A stretch of 64,000 nt of DNA from the human T2T-CHM13v2.0 reference genome, Homo sapiens. Position 1 is the stretch's first letter, and each line of letters starts with the position of its first letter. A program made the position numbers and the translations under genes. Shown here in pieces: positions 22,962 through 38,332 of the stretch. Location of the stretch: assembly GCF_009914755.1 (NCBI RefSeq), contig NC_060928.1; one strand, given 5' to 3'. The notes under the pieces were generated by a model. The model had not been told where the DNA came from. It did no database searches and saw nothing but the letters and a program-made list of their open reading frames with translations.

Positions 22962-25876
22962 ATTAGCAGCCAGATGCTAATGGCACTATCTGAGCAAAGT
23001 AAATCTGATAAACTGGCAAAGTTTAATTGTTGGCTCAATACAGAACTTATATTCTAAAAAACTGCATTGTCTTTCCGGATGAATTTATGACAAGTTGTGG
23101 AATTCCATTTAAACAGAATGTTGAAAAATACTAGCTCCTAAGAAAAAACTAGTTATAATACCTGCTGGAGGGACAAAGGACAATTAGTGATGTCATGTCT
23201 CTGACAGTATTTCATCCTCCATGTTTCTCACCTTCAGGAAAGAATAATCCTCATGATAAAAGGTATATTTTTGTATTTCTTTTCCTCATTCATTTGTCTC
23301 TATTGTCACGTATTTGAAGTCCCTGTGTAGCATGGAAAAAGTCTTACTTATATTTCATTGCATGGATTCAATAAATATTTGCATATTTTTGACAGTTTTA
23401 TTTCAAGTGACTGTACTATTCAAAATGTATTTGTCAAAAAAGACTCAAATATAAACATATTTACATTAATATTATTAATTGAATTTACCCATACACATTA
23501 AAACTAAAAGGTTAAATATGAAATGATCTTCACTCTATTTATTTAGAATTAATTGCTTCCCTATTATTTAAAATATAATGCATGCATGTTTATATTTTTT
23601 AGCCAATGTTTCTATAGAGTTCCCTTAATACTAAAATTATTTTAAAATTTAAACATCAGAACATTTTTCCATTTCTGCAAGACTACTCATTGCTTTTACT
23701 GGACATATTTACATTTCAATTATATTTTTATAATTTATCTGTTCAACAGCTTATGGTTTATAACATTTTAATACAATTCTAACTTGGCAGAATCAAAATT
23801 AAACTAGAGAGTTTTTGAAAACTCATAACCTGTCAACTTTAGAGAACAATTCTAGTGAATAGTCAAATTATATACCAAAACCAAAAATATCCAAGGCTAG
23901 AAGAAGATTTAATTGGACATATTGTTAAATATCTAGAAAGTTTACTCGAATAGCAGTTGAGCTCTAATACAAAAACTGTATTTTATTATGTCATCTATTT
24001 TGCTTTTATATGTATCTGGATTACACATGTTCTTGACCTGTATTCCTGTCACAAATAAACATTTGGTATCGCTAGTTAGTACAGAAAAACATGAGAAATG
24101 GTTGGAAGTTAAATTTATCTTTGTATTTTGAAATACACATGGAAACAAGAATAACTTCTTCAGTATTACTTATTATGCAGATTATAATTTCACAGTTGTT
24201 TTCTCACATCTATTTCATCGAGTCTCCTAATAAAAAATAATAATTCTAACACAACTCTAACAGTGACTGAGCTGCCAAAAATATCACTGCCAATGAATTA
24301 AATCATGTTGTTTACAATAATTTGCTGACTCTTAATCTGAAGAAAGTACTTTGTGGAACTAATGGTGATGCTAATTGTGCATTTCTATGCTCTGAAATGA
24401 CAATGATATCATAACAAGTTAATCTCATTTCAATGTGCATTTCGGATGCAAACCACAAAATATATTACAAAAGACATTTTGATTAAAGTTTGCTAAAGGT
24501 AAAGTTTTTAAGAAAACAAATGTTTCTCATTTATTTATGCTTGTGAATCTCCTATATACATGGTCTTTTATTTGTGGGGGAGAAGGGAGATTATGATAAG
24601 TGATTGATACAAAAAAGGAATAAATATTTATTTTGATAGCTACACGTAAACGTATACTGAGGCCTATGTGCAAATTTTAATTAGAACATTAACAGTAAAA
24701 TGTGATGACTAATTTTGCAAGGCAAATACTATCCTGCAATTTGTAGTATGTATTGGCAATAATATAATTTTTTCTCTTGATTATTTAGTAGCTAGATTTT
24801 AATTTAGTTGATTGTATAACTCACTGACTCTTGTTATCAATTATTTTGGTTACTTTTTAGCGTACATACCACATGAAAAGCAAGAAAAGGTAAAGAGCCA
24901 AAAATTTAACTTATTAAAAATTTTCATTTTTATTATTTTATTATCCTTTCAATTTTTAGCAATTCTATCATTATGCTTAGTGACAAAGCAGAGTAACATG
25001 AAATTTTTTTTAAAATCTGCAAACTAAAAATTAGCATGTTTACAAATACCAAAATAAATCAAAATCAGAATGAAGAAACAGCTTTTTATAAAGAAATGTA
25101 GGAATCAGATTTTAAAAAGAAATCAAAATAGCAACTAAAATTGTTTTCTCAAACTTCTGGTCATACTTCCAACAGGACTGTTAGATATCTCCTAGGTAGG
25201 CTGTCACGGGTTTCTCTGTTGATGATTTCCAATTACTTTTCAGAATTGATAAATCGTTGTGTTGAACTTTAAATTGTGTCCAAAACTTAAAATTTCTTAA
25301 GAATAAAGTTAAACTCAGATTATTTAACTTATAAAGATTCTTCACATGTATGGTTTCATTCAATCTATATGACTTTATTAGATTTGTCCAACAATCCTAA
25401 TTGTAAAAATTAATTACATAACTTGATTTCTCAAATATATGTTCTTAGGCTAGCTTTTTTTTCTGAATTTTCTAAGCCCTACATGTAATAATTACATGAG
25501 CTAATAAATTACAAATATTTTAAAATTTAGAACACACATGTTTCCCTATAGTGTGTTAAGATTTTATTAAATACATGCTCTCAATTTAAAGCTACATCAC
25601 TTAATGAACGTGTTTAGTTTATTCAAAGTGAAACTATGCAATTCCTGTTGACCATAACATTACACAGGTTTTAATAGAAATTTAAACAATAAATCCTTGG
25701 ATCCCATACTATATAATCATACTTTATATAAATAACTACTTTTATTTCATTCTCTCCTATATGTATGGTTTCTATTTATTTTACTAGCCATTTGCAATGT
25801 TTAGGACCTATACATTCTCGCTGTGTTCTGAGCCTTAGGGTGGATTGTATTTCTCTCTCTCTCTGCTAAATATAAT

Positions 25877-26448
25877 TGTATTAGTTTTCTACTTTTGTGC
25901 AACAAATTAGTAAAAAATCATCAGGCTAACTTAATACACTGTTATTACCTCATAGTTTCTGTTGATCAGATAAATCTGGGCATGGGTAAATCAGTGTTCT
26001 GTACAGGGTCAGGCTGAACTCAAGTTGCCAGGCCCACTGTATTCTCATCTGGAGGCACCATTGAGGAAGAATCTACTTCCAAGTTAATTCAAGTAGTTGG
26101 CAGAATTCATTTCCTTGTGAATACGTGAATGAAAGCTTCAAAGTCTTGTTGGCTGTTGGCTGAAGGTCATCTTCATGTCCTAGAGGCAACTGTAGTTTCA
26201 AGCCAAGTAGATTTCTTTATTGTCTGCTTATCACATCAAACATGCAAGGACATTCTTTGACTGCTAAATTATAAGATAGGGTACATGATTTAACCTACTA
26301 AGAGTGACATTACGTCACCTTTGCCATATTTTATTGGTTATAAGAAAGTCTCATGTCCCACTCATACTCTGTGGGAGAGGATTGTACAACAGCATACACA
26401 TCAGCGAGTAAGGAGCAATGGGGATCATTGTAAGGTTTGTCTGCCACA
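25877..26448 (-). mobile_element. MaLR solo LTR (MLT1E/F-like)
   Basis: tgtattagttttc...gtctgccaca; 'ggaagaatctacttccaag', 'gttggcagaattcatttccttgtg'; TSD-like ataat/atatt. Confidence 0.8.
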
Positions 26449-26449
26449 A

Positions 26450-29130
26450 TATTGCTAGCATTAGGTTTTATTGTAAATTCATTTTATCTGTTTGAGAAAG
26501 TTTCTTTCTATACCTAGTTTATAGAAAGTTTTTAATAATGAATGGATATTGAATATATTAACTGTTTTTCTGCATCTTATTAATGAGCATATAAGTTTTA
26601 GCCTTTAATAAGTAAAGGAAGTGGTTTACGTTAATTGATTTTTGGATGTTAAACTCATGTAGTATTTTGGGGATACATTTCATATTATAATTCTATATAG
26701 TACCAGATTTTACTTGCTAATATTTTATTGAAGGTTTTGAGGTGAATGTTTATGATTTGTATGTGTCCTTAATTTTATTTCTTGTAATATCATGATAATC
26801 TTCTCATATAATTACAATGTTGTTCTCATACAACAATTTTAAAGGTATTCTCTCATGTTATCAAAGAGTTGTGGAAACATTAATATTGCTTATTTCTTAA
26901 ATGTTGGATAGGATTTATTGGTAAATGCTCATTTTTTTCACGGTAATGTTTATTTTTGCTAAGTATACTTACGTAATATAAATATAATCTTTCAAATTTT
27001 CTTTTGATGAGAATTTTTAGGGTATGCAATTTTTTATCCGTTCATTTTTAACTACCCTTTTTCCTTTGATTTAAAATGGGATTCTATTGGCAGTGTAGGG
27101 TGTGGCATTGTTTGTTTTTTAATTTTATTATGATAATCTCTTTTTTTAATGGGAGTCATTAGACCACTTACTTTTAATGTAATTTGTTGCTTTGTTTGGA
27201 CTTAAGCCTGTCTTATTTTTGTTATTTTATTATCTTATATATTCTTGAGTCCTTCTCCTTAATGTTTTGCCTGCCTTCTTTTAGAATAGTTGATTTTTTT
27301 ATGATTCCATTTTATCTTCAGCCTTGTCTTGGTAGTTTAACTACATTATATATATTTTTATTAATTGTATTAGAATTTACAATATACAAGTTTAATTATA
27401 ACAATTTGCATTCTAATAATATTATGTCATTTAATTGCAACTCTATGCTCCCATTTTCTCTTCCCAGTTCTGTGTAATGGTAGTTATACAATTTTCATTC
27501 TGCATATGCTATAAACCCCAAAATATATTTTTTTAACTTTACATAGACTCATATTTTAAAATAATAAAAAAACAGGGAAAATGCTTATATATACATCCAA
27601 TATTCTCCATGTCCTTGTGTAAACCCAAATATCTATCTGGCAATATGTTTCATAAACTGGAAAACTGTTATATTAAAGTATTTTTCATAGGGCAGATCTA
27701 CCGACAATGAATTCTCTCATCATTTCTCTTTGTATTTAAAAAATTATTTTACCTAAATTTAAAAAAATTGATTTTCTAGGCTATAAGATTTTGTGTTGAC
27801 AGGTTTTCTGTTTTTTTATACTTTATAATTTTTGCTGTACAATCTTCTGTTATTGTTATTACTACAATTTTACTGTGATTTTTTATGTTTTCTTAATTTC
27901 AATATATTTTTCTCTTTTCTTCTTGGTTTTTAGCTGTAGGAATTTGATGGGCCTAGATATATTTTTTCTCTGTGTTCATTGTTTTCTATGTTTTCTGAGT
28001 TCTACACATCTGTGATTTGGAATCATTCAGTAATTTCGGAAAATAATGAGCCATTCTTTTTTCAAATATTCCTTCTACTCTGTTCTTCCCCCTTTGCCTC
28101 CTAGGATTCTAGTTACATGTAGAGGATTTATTACTTCTCAAAGCCTTTGGGTCCTTTATTATGTATCTTTAACTTATTTTCTCTTCTTCATTTTCATTTT
28201 GACCATTTCTAGTAATTTATAGTGAAGTTTGCTCATTTTTTCATCTTCTGTATCTGGTCTTGTAATAAACCCATTGAAGAAATTCTTCACTTCTGATAAA
28301 AAAATGCGTTATTTTAACATTTGCCTTTCACTGTGTTCTGGTTTCCAGCTCTCTTCTCAGAGTCTTGTGACTATTTGGAATTTAGTTTACCTAGTTGCCT
28401 TGCAACCTCAGCATTATGAAGAGGTCAATAATAGTTTTGATTTCACAGATTAACAATTTATTTTGCCATTAGAGATGGAATGATGTTTTCTTGCAACTTT
28501 CTACATTTTAATGAGAAAAAAACTCTTCAAAGTTTGGCTTTAATCTGTTAAACCAGATCCAGTGTATCACTAAAGGATTGGTGTTCACCTTTCTGAGGTT
28601 TCAGCTGAATATCAGAAAGGTCACTAATGTCACTCCATGCTGGTTCCTGGGAAACCAAACAACTCCCAGCATTTTGCAACTTCTATAATGTCTGTTCACC
28701 TCAGAGCTCCCCGATACCATTTCTCACTCAAAACTTGCAGAGTCTTTTCCTGTGCATGCATAGGCTATTATTGAGATAAACAATGAAAGAATTACTTATT
28801 TCAATTTCTGGACCTCCTCTTCTCTAGTACTCTGCCTTACAAAGTCTAGCAACTTTAGCCTCCTCAACTCTGATCTCTGTTTCTTCATTTCAGTGGGACC
28901 ACCAGGATATTCTTGGACTTTTAACTTCCTGCATTGCAACATTGTAAGTGTGTACAGGCCTAAAGCTGAGAAATTTTTGTGTGTTTCATTTTATGTTTTT
29001 CCTTCCCATAGGATTCATAGTTCTATGCTATCGATTGTCTAACATAAATGAAGTTGTTTTTCATATGCTTTTTATCAGTTTTCTAATTGTTTATGAGTGG
29101 AAGGATAGTCCAAAATGGTTAGTCCATTAG
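26450..29130 (-). mobile_element. Old L1M fragments, antisense
   Basis: 'ttttaataatgaatggatattgaat', 'ttagaccacttacttttaatgtaat', 'gccattcttttttcaaatatt'. Confidence 0.55.
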
Positions 29131-30079
29131 GACTTCAAGCTGACTCTATCATTTATTTATCTTAATAATATTATAAACAACTTTAATAGTGAAACAGAAT
29201 CTGGCACAGATCTATAAAGCCATTGCATATATCTTTTTTCATTTTTTATTTTATATTACTTGCCTCTACAAACACTATTTTAAATAAAGCAAATGCGTTC
29301 AAGTTTGAAAATGAGAACGAAGACTCTGTATCTATCAAATGTTTTCTTCCATTCATTTATTCTGGATAACCTATCAAAACAAAATTAAAAACAAATACAA
29401 ATGCAAAACCATGGAAGCCAACTATCCACTACAGAATTCAATCAGAGCTCAGAACTTAGTGATAATATCACAAAAATCTTATTTTACAGATATTTAAACC
29501 TGACAAAATAGGTTTTTAAAAGAAAATTAATAATGGCTTTTGCTGTTAGATATGGGATTTAACTTAATAGAATTTAGTTGTGGATCCTGTTGAGTTTTTT
29601 CCCATTCTTTTTCTAAAACAAAAATGTCATTAAACATAAGTCAAAAAGAGAAGAAAAAGTAATTAAGAAGCAAATATCATAAAAATTTATTTTGAACTCA
29701 AAATAGCCTTAACTTCGATTTACAGAATAAACTTAAAAATGTTCCATTGAGTAAATACTTCAAAATCATATTTGTATTGTTTTCATAGCCTAATTGAAAG
29801 TAACAAGTTTAGTGTAGATCAAATCATAATTATATCCATAAATATTAATTTACTATATCATATCACAGATTTCTTAAGCTTGTGTTTTTGTATTCATGTC
29901 AAAATTTCAAGCCATAAACTTATAGCTTACAACCTGTTAACTTGCATAAAGTAGGAGGAGAATAGTAAATTTAAAAAGTGACAGAATGTTTGGTTAAAAG
30001 AAGGTAGGACTGAGATCATGCAGGTAATTGTTACAGCCTCTTCAATGAAATTTGCAATTATTGGCTACCTCTTCAACCC

Positions 30080-30400
30080 TATTCATTTTTCCCACAAATA
30101 TTTATTGAATCCTTACTGTATGCACGGCTCTGGATCCACAGAAAGAGAGAAACAGACCCCGTGATGCTTATACTTATTTAGAAAACAGAAAATGTGACAA
30201 TTTCTTACCCCAACTTGTACGGAGTGTTATAAAATACATATTGTTACAAAACTAGCACTGGAGGAATAAAGCTATTCATAGGCCAGGAAATAATTTCTTG
30301 TTAAAATGAGGCTTGAGAACTGAAGAGTATGCATGAATGACTTCCAAAAAGAAATTTTATCCTAGACAGGAAAAAGCATTTTCTACAAACATGAGTAGAA
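30080..30400 (-). mobile_element. L2 3' fragment
   Basis: 'attcattt...acaaatatttattgaatccttactgtatgc'. Confidence 0.5.
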
Positions 30401-32599
30401 TGTGTGAAGACCAAGACTTGGAAAGATAAGCCTGATATTATATTCTTTTTGACAAATGGTTATCACGAAAATGCCAGGCGTTATATCAGGTTGTGGGAGT
30501 TGGTGAAGATATAGAGAATGCAAAAAGGCGCATTTTGGTTAACATTAATGAAGGCTGAAATAATAAAGAGCTCAACCCCCTCATATATTCCTTATGTGTA
30601 GAACAACCATGTGCTTTAAACTTTAACAGGGTGGGGCAGGAAGGAGCTGTAAGTCTCTTCATTCAGATGAGTGATTATGGGAAAATCAGGCCTCCTTTTA
30701 GATCTAATGTGCATCAAAACAGGGAGGCTCTGTTTAATTACATTTCTTTTCCATGAGGTGAATGCAAATCTTTCTCTGGAGATAACTTCATGTGTGTACC
30801 AGGAAATCAGTATTTGGAACCTGTCAGAATGAGTTTGGAGTTCCTAGACTGTGGCATGTTTACCACGTTGATGGTGTCCTAGGAATCCTTTTGAGAGAAC
30901 CATCTGGACTCTCTTGAGAATATCCCAATGTTTTGTCCTTTACATGACATTTGCTGCCACAACCTACATAATGTTTTTATTCATGACAAAGCATCCTGTG
31001 GAAATATCCAATGAAAGATTGTATTTGACAATTGTAGGCTAATCAATTAAAGATAAGCTGTGTTATTATACATACTGAGAAGTCATAATATTGCCTTAGG
31101 AATTTGTCAAAAAAATTCCAAGTGATATTAAATTTTTATCATTATTATTAACATTACACATTTTATTGATAAGTGTGATTTTCATTGAGGGCAATAGGTT
31201 ATTAATTATTTTTACCACCAATAATGTTTTCCCAGCATTGCATACATTCAATTTAACTACAATAAAATCCAATTTTTACAAGTCCGTTTCATATATTATT
31301 TATTCTGTGAATAGCAAAATCATTAATCAAGTGTTCTTACTGCCATAATTTCCTAGTGTTCTCCAAATTATACAGAATTCATGATTATAGGTTTTAAAGG
31401 AACTACTGTGCATAGATATGAAATTATATATACAGAATTAAGAAACTCCCCATTTGACATTGAAATTTTTGATCCTTTATTTGAGAAATGAAAACTTGAG
31501 AAGTAAAGAGCAGAGAAAGATTTATATTTCTGGCTAGGAAAATTCTTTTCTCCATCAGTCTTCAATTTAAAATGACTAGCTTTTAAAATGACCACATTCA
31601 CTAATTGCATATTTTCTCATCAATATGGTGCCTGGTTATAACACTCTATTTCCTACCTCCTACAAAACTTTATACTTCAGTTATTAAAAAAGAGAACTGA
31701 AAAAATATTACATAACTCTCCCCATATTGTTTCTTCCATTTGTAAATTTGTGAATGCACTATCGTTGGTAAACAAAAAGTAATCTAACATCAAATAGAAT
31801 GCTTATATATTTGACTATTTGGATGGCAATGAAATTGACACACTCTATAGATCACATCATTTATTACATGCCATGTAAGGAAGGTCATAAATAATGAGTA
31901 GGACATTTTAAAAGAGTCAAAGTCTCCAGAGATTCAGTTTACATAAAAAGAATCCATAGGGAGTAAGTTCAATTTTTTGAGACTTTGGATTCTATAAAAA
32001 TCATTAGATTCTGAATTCTTTGTACAACACCACCTAAGTCTTCTGGACTAAAAAAGTATAAAGCTTATAAAAGCTCATAAAACTAGTTAAACAGTCTAAA
32101 ATTACCAAGTAAAACTACCTATTCAGCATTAAACAGTTTTAATATAATTTAAAATGAATAAGGAAATTGCATTGATGATCTATTTGGGCAAAAAAAAAAA
32201 ATAGAATGTACAAATATAGTGTGCTCTAATCAAATACTTTTCAAAATCCTTCTTTGGATTTACTGTTCAAAATTATATTTGATTAAGACTCTACCCTCCT
32301 ATGATAATTGATTACTGTTCCATTAAGTATACAAATTTCAACAAATATAAAATTATCAATATAGCATTTTTTTTAATTTTATGAGAAATATGTGTAGATT
32401 TGGCATAACTTCTATGCCAAATTTGATAGAATTCATCAGTGGTAGAAAAAAATCTATGCCTAAAAGTTTAGTTTATTATTAAATTCATTTCTTTAATAGG
32501 TATAATTAAATTTTTATTTTCATTCTTTTAAATACTTTAAACATTTTTTTCTTTTGAATTTATCTGCTTTAGGGGTTATGTAAAAGAATACTGTCCAGT

Positions 32600-35500
32600 G
32601 GGAGTGGTATTAGCAAGACAACAGAACAGGAAGTCTTGAACCCTCCTTTACTCTGACTAACTCATGTTTTCAACAGTAATTCATGGACATTTTCTCTTTG
32701 TGAGAAATTCAGAAACTCATTAAGAAGTTACTGCACTCCTGCAGAAGATGAAATAAGTCACACTGAAGCTAGTAGGACAATGTGAAATACCTTTTCCCAG
32801 CTTCTCTCTGGGCATAAAAAGAGGTACACCATGTATCCTACATCCCAACATTTTCAGAGGCTAACAGAGGACTGAATTTTTCCATCCTATTTTGAAGAGA
32901 ATACAGAATATGGAACATGGTATACTCTAGCCACCTGGAACTGGTGAAAACAGAAGCAATGGTTCAGGCTGAGGGTCAACACCCCCACACCCGCTGGCTC
33001 AGCACAGAAATAGCAGTGGTAAAACCCTAACTCCCAGATTTTTCCTGAGAAGGAAAAGTGGTGGCGCACTAAAGGTCCAATGTCCCAACTTTTCAGAGAG
33101 CTACCCAAAAGATTAGCATCTGTCTACTCTGTCTCAGAGCTCTGATCAAACTGGGACACAGCATTTTCGCCACCTAAGGCCTCCCTGTGAGATCAGAGAT
33201 AGACATTTGGCCTGGTGGTCCCCATAGCCACTCCCTGGCTCAGCAACAAGCAAGTGGATGAAAAGCCTCAACTCCCAGGTTCATTTTGAAGCGAAGAAGG
33301 GAAAAGAGATGCATTGAGTGTTCAATATCCTAACTTTTCCAAGGGTTACCCAGAAGACTGGTTTCAGTCTAGCCTGTCACCATAGTCAGTGACACTAGCT
33401 CAGGATAGCACAGACAGAGGAAAAATCTAAGATCCCAACTTCTATCTAGAAAATGAATGAAGTACATTGTGCACCTTACAACCCAACTTGAAGGAGGGGT
33501 TGCCTGATAAATTGGCTCTGTGAGTACTGACAGGTTTCATCATACTCTAGACACCACAGACTACTAAAAATAAAAAAAAAAGTGGATTGGAACAGCATGA
33601 ATATTTGAGGGGCCTCCAGAATCTCTGGCCCAGGCTGATTTGTGAGGGTCTTGTTCAGTACGGGGCTAGTCTGCAAAGACTAGGAGAAGCGGCTGTTGTC
33701 TCTAATATGCAGATATGAACACAGAGAATCAGGAAAAATAGAGAAGGAGAAAAATACCTTTCAAACAAAGCAACAAGATAAATCTCCATAAACTGACTAA
33801 TAAAATGGAGGTGTGTTATTTACCTGACAGAAAATTCAAATAACTGTCATAAAGATGCTCACCAAGGTCAAAAGAACAATGCGTGAACAAAATGAGAATT
33901 TCAACAAAAAGAAGTTTTGTAAAGTACCAGACAGAATTAATGGAGCTGAAGAATACAATAACTGAGATAAAAAATTTATTAGAGGCATTAAACAGTTGAC
34001 TAGATCCAACAGAGGAAAGGATCAAGAAACTCAAAGACAAGTCATTGAAAATTAATCAGCCAGAGGAACAAAAAGAAAAAAGGAATGTAAAAGAGTAAAG
34101 AAAACCTAAGGAACTAATGGAACGCCATCAAGCTTTTAAATATAAACATTACGGAAGTCCCAGAATAAAAACAGATAAACAAAAGACTAAAAGAGTTATT
34201 TAAATAAATAATAATAACTGAGAATTTCCCAAATGTGGGAAAGAAAATAGACATCCTGATTCAAGAAGCCCAAAGTTCCTCAAAAATATTTCTTATAATG
34301 GAAAGATATAAATTTTCTCAGAGAAATAAAAGCTGAGGGAATACATCTCCACTAGATCACACTGTAAAAATGCTAAAGAGAGTTGTTAAAGGTAAAAAAA
34401 GGAAGCTAAGCAGCACTACAATAGCTTAAGAAAGACTAAAATAACATATAGACATATATAGAACCCTGTATCACTGTCAAAGTGGTTAGTAAATCATTCG
34501 AATTCTTATATAAAATTTAAAAGACAAATGTATTAAAAATCTATAATAACAATGTTAATGAGTACACAATACAAATAGACATAAATTGTGACATCAATAA
34601 CATAATATGTGTATGTGGCTGGGAAGAAGCAAAAGCACACTTTTTTAGTATGTTATTGAACTTATCAGCTTAAAATAGATGGTTATATATTACATAAGGC
34701 CCATGTTAAACATGAATAAAACTACAAATGTCACACACACACACACAAACACAAAGAGAAAGGTATCAAAGCATAACAATATAAAATATCTATGACACAC
34801 AAAGGAAAACAAGAGAAAAAAATGACAAAAGCCGCTAAGACAAAGAGAAAAAAACACAATGGCAATAGTGAATCATTCCCTATTAATATTTACTTCAAAT
34901 GTAAACACATTAAAATTCCTAATCAAAGGACGTGGAGTGGTTAAACAAAAGCAAGATTCAGCTGTTTGCTGTATTAAGATATTCACTTTAGATTTAAAGA
35001 CACATATAACCTGTAAGTGAAGGGATGGAAAAAGTTATTCCATGCAAAAGTGAGCAAGAGTAGGTATATTTATATTAGACAAAATAAACTTTTAGCAACA
35101 ACCTGTTACAAAAGATAAAGAAGGACATTAAAATAATCAATAAATAATCAATGGGAACATATAAAAATTATATGCATCCAACATCAGAAAATTTAAGTAT
35201 ATAAAGCAAATATTGACAGAATTGAAGGGAGAGAAAGCAAAACAACAGTAGGTTATTCAACTCTCCGCTTTAACAAATGGACAGGTCAGTCATACAGAAA
35301 ATCAATAAACAGTGGATTTGAGCAATGCTAAGACTATATGAACCAGAGATATTTAAAGAACATGCAACACAACAGCAGCAGAATATATATTCTTCTCAAG
35401 TAGGCTCAGAACATTCTCTGGGATAGACCAGATGTTAGATCAAAACACAAGTTTTAAAAATTTTATGAAGATTGAAGTCATGCCGAGTACCTTATTCAAC

Positions 35501-38332
35501 CACAGTATAATGAAACCAGAAACAAGAGAAGAAAAACTTCTGAAGGATACACAAAAATGTGAAAATTAAACAAAATAGTTTTGAAAAATTACTAAGTCAA
35601 AGAAGGAATCACAAAGAAAATAAGAAAATATATTTAAACAAATGAAAATAAAAATATAACATAGCAAAACTTATTGGATACATCAAAAGTAGTACTACAA
35701 GAGAAGCTTGTAATAACAGATGCCTATACTAAAAGAAAAAGATCTCAAATAAACAACCTAACATTACACCTCAAGGAACTAGAAAAAGAAGAACAAACCA
35801 AGACCAATGTTTGAGGAAGAAAGGAAATAACAAAGATTAGAAGAGAAGTAAATGAAGCAGAGAATAGAAAAACAATAGAAAACAAAACCAAGAGTTGGTA
35901 ATTTGAGATCAACGAAATTGTCAAACCTTTAGCTAGACTAAGAAAAAATACTAAAATAAATATAATCATAAATGAAAGATGAGACATTACAACTGTTATG
36001 AGAAAAATAAAGGTTCATAAAAGCTTACTGTAAACAATTCTATACCAACAAACTGTATAACCTAGAAAAAGTGAAGTGGCAGTATACAAAATCAACATAC
36101 AATAATTAGTTGCATTTGTATACACAAACAACATACTATCAAAAAAAGAATTTAACAAAATACTTCCATTTACAATACTATCAAAAAGAATAAAGTACTT
36201 AGGAATATCTTAAGTAAGGAAGAAAAAGACTTGTACATGAAAACTACCAAATATTGAAGAAAGAAATTTAAAAAGACACAGAAAAATATATAACTGGTAT
36301 TCATTTATTAGAAGACTTAGCATTGTTGAAATGTTCAAACCATGCAAAGTAATCTACAGATTCAATGTTATTCCTATCAAAATCCAAATTCCCAGTGGCA
36401 TTTTTTCCATAAGTATAAAAAGACAATTCTAAAATTTATATGTAACACAAAAGAGTCCCCAAAGCCAATACAATTATAATAAACAAAAACAAGAATGGAA
36501 GTATTATGGTTCCTAATTTTAAATTATTTTACAAAGCTATAGTAATCAAAATAGTTGAGTATTAGCATAGATACGGACATATGAACCAATGGAACAGAAT
36601 AGAGAGCCCAGAAGTAAATCCATACACACACGGTTCATTGATCTTCAGTAAGGTTCTACAAACACACAATCAGGAAATGGTAGTCTTTTCAACAAATGGT
36701 GTTGAGAACACTAGATATTTACATGCACAATAATGAATTAGGACTCGTATACTATACCATATAAAAAATCAACTCAAAATAGATGAAAAGCTTAAACGTT
36801 AAAACCTCAAACTGTCCAACTTATAGAAGAAAATATGGAAAAACATATTTATGATATTTTTCTTAGCATTGAATTCATGAATATGAAACCAAAGCATAGG
36901 CTACAAAAATAAAAATAGACAAGTGGGAATAAATAGGACTAAACAGCTTCTGCACAGCAAAGGAAACAATCAACAAACCAAAAAGGCAAGCTACAGAATG
37001 GGAGAAAATATTTGCAAACATTATATTAGATAGAGGTTAATTGACAAAGTATTTAAGAAACCCCTATGACTCAATAGCAAGAAAATCCCAAACAAGCAAA
37101 ACACACACACACACACACACAAAACTCCTAAAACCCAAAGTTAAAAATGGGCCAAAAATTTGAATAAACATTTCTCCAAAGATGGACAAATGGTCAATAA
37201 GAATATGAAAATACAGGCCACATAGTTAATCATATCCAAATGCAAACCAAAACTACAATGAGACATCACCTCACAGTGGTTAGTATGAGTATTATAAAAA
37301 CAAAACAAAACAAAAACAAAGAATACAAAACACAACAAAAACAAGAAGAAACAACATAGTAAAGATGTAAAAAAATTGAAACTCTTGTATGTGGGTGATA
37401 GGAATGTAAAAGTGTTCAGCCACTTAAAAAACAGTATGGAGGTTCTTCAAAAAATTAAAAATAGAATGACCATATGATCCAGCAAATACACTTCTCAATA
37501 TTTATCCTAAAGTATTGAAATAAGTATCTCAAAGAAATATTAGCAACCCAAAATTCATTACAGCAAAGCTCACAATTGCCAAAACGGAGAACAGACCATG
37601 TGTCCATTAACTGATGAACAGACAAGAGAAATGGTGTATTCATACAATGGCATATTATTCCACCTTTTAAAAAAGGAAATTTTGTCATTTACTATGACAT
37701 TGATGAACCTTGAAGATTATTCTAAGCCAAACAAGCCAGTCACTCAGAAGAGCAAATACTGCATGATTCCACTTAGATGAAGTATCTATAATAGTCAAAG
37801 TCATAGAATCAGAGATTAAAATTGTTATCAGGAGCTGTGGGAGAAGAGCATGGCAATGGAAAATTACTAATCAAAGGCATAAAGTTTTAATTAGGGAAGA
37901 TTAGTAAGTTCTAGAGATCTGCTGTGCAATACTTTTCTAAGGTAAACAGTATTTTATTGTACACTTAAAAATTTGCTAATAGGGCTGGGCGCAGGGGTTC
38001 ACTCCTGTAATCCTAACACTTTGGGAGGCTGAAGTGGGCGGATCACCTGAGGTCACGAGTTTGAGACCAGCCTGGTGAAACCCTGTCTCTACTAAAAATA
38101 CAAAAATTAGCTGGGTGTGGTGGCACACACCTGTAGTCCCAGCTAGTTAAGAGGCTGAGGCAGGAGAATCACTTGAACCTGGGAGGCAAAGGTTGTAATG
38201 AGCTGAGATGGTGCCACTGGCTCCAGCCTGGGCAACAGAGCGAGACTCCATCTCAAAAAAAAAAAAGAAAAAAAATGTGCTAATAGGTTAGATTTCATGT
38301 TAAGTCTTCTTAGCACAACAAATAAAATAAGG
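32600..38332 (+). mobile_element. Near full-length old L1 (L1MA9/L1MB-like 3' end): 5'UTR, ORF1, ORF2 remnants with internal deletions
   Basis: ORF1-like 'acctgacagaaaattcaaataactgtcataaagatgctc'; ORF2 start 'atggcaatagtgaatcattccctattaatattt'; 3' end 'aagttctagagatctgctgtgcaa...aaaatttgctaa'. Confidence 0.85.
37983..38271 (+). mobile_element. AluS (Sx/Sz-like) in L1 3'UTR, 9-bp internal deletion
   Basis: TSD aaaatttgctaatag (37968-37982) / aaaatgtgctaatag (38272-38286). Confidence 0.96.

Noticed and set aside
23225-23270. Possible micro-exon (ccttcag|gaaaga...aaaag|gtatat)
   Set aside because: Weak donor, no coding support
30560-31010. Moderately GC-richer segment ending ...acaacctaca, possibly an old LTR or conserved element
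   Set aside because: Could not be assigned to a family or function from sequence alone
32396-32424. Hairpin atttggcata-acttc-tatgccaaat
   Set aside because: A 10-bp stem in AT-rich DNA is plausible by chance; half-site spacing (11) does not fit the NFI TTGGC-N5-GCCAA motif; too short for a pre-miRNA
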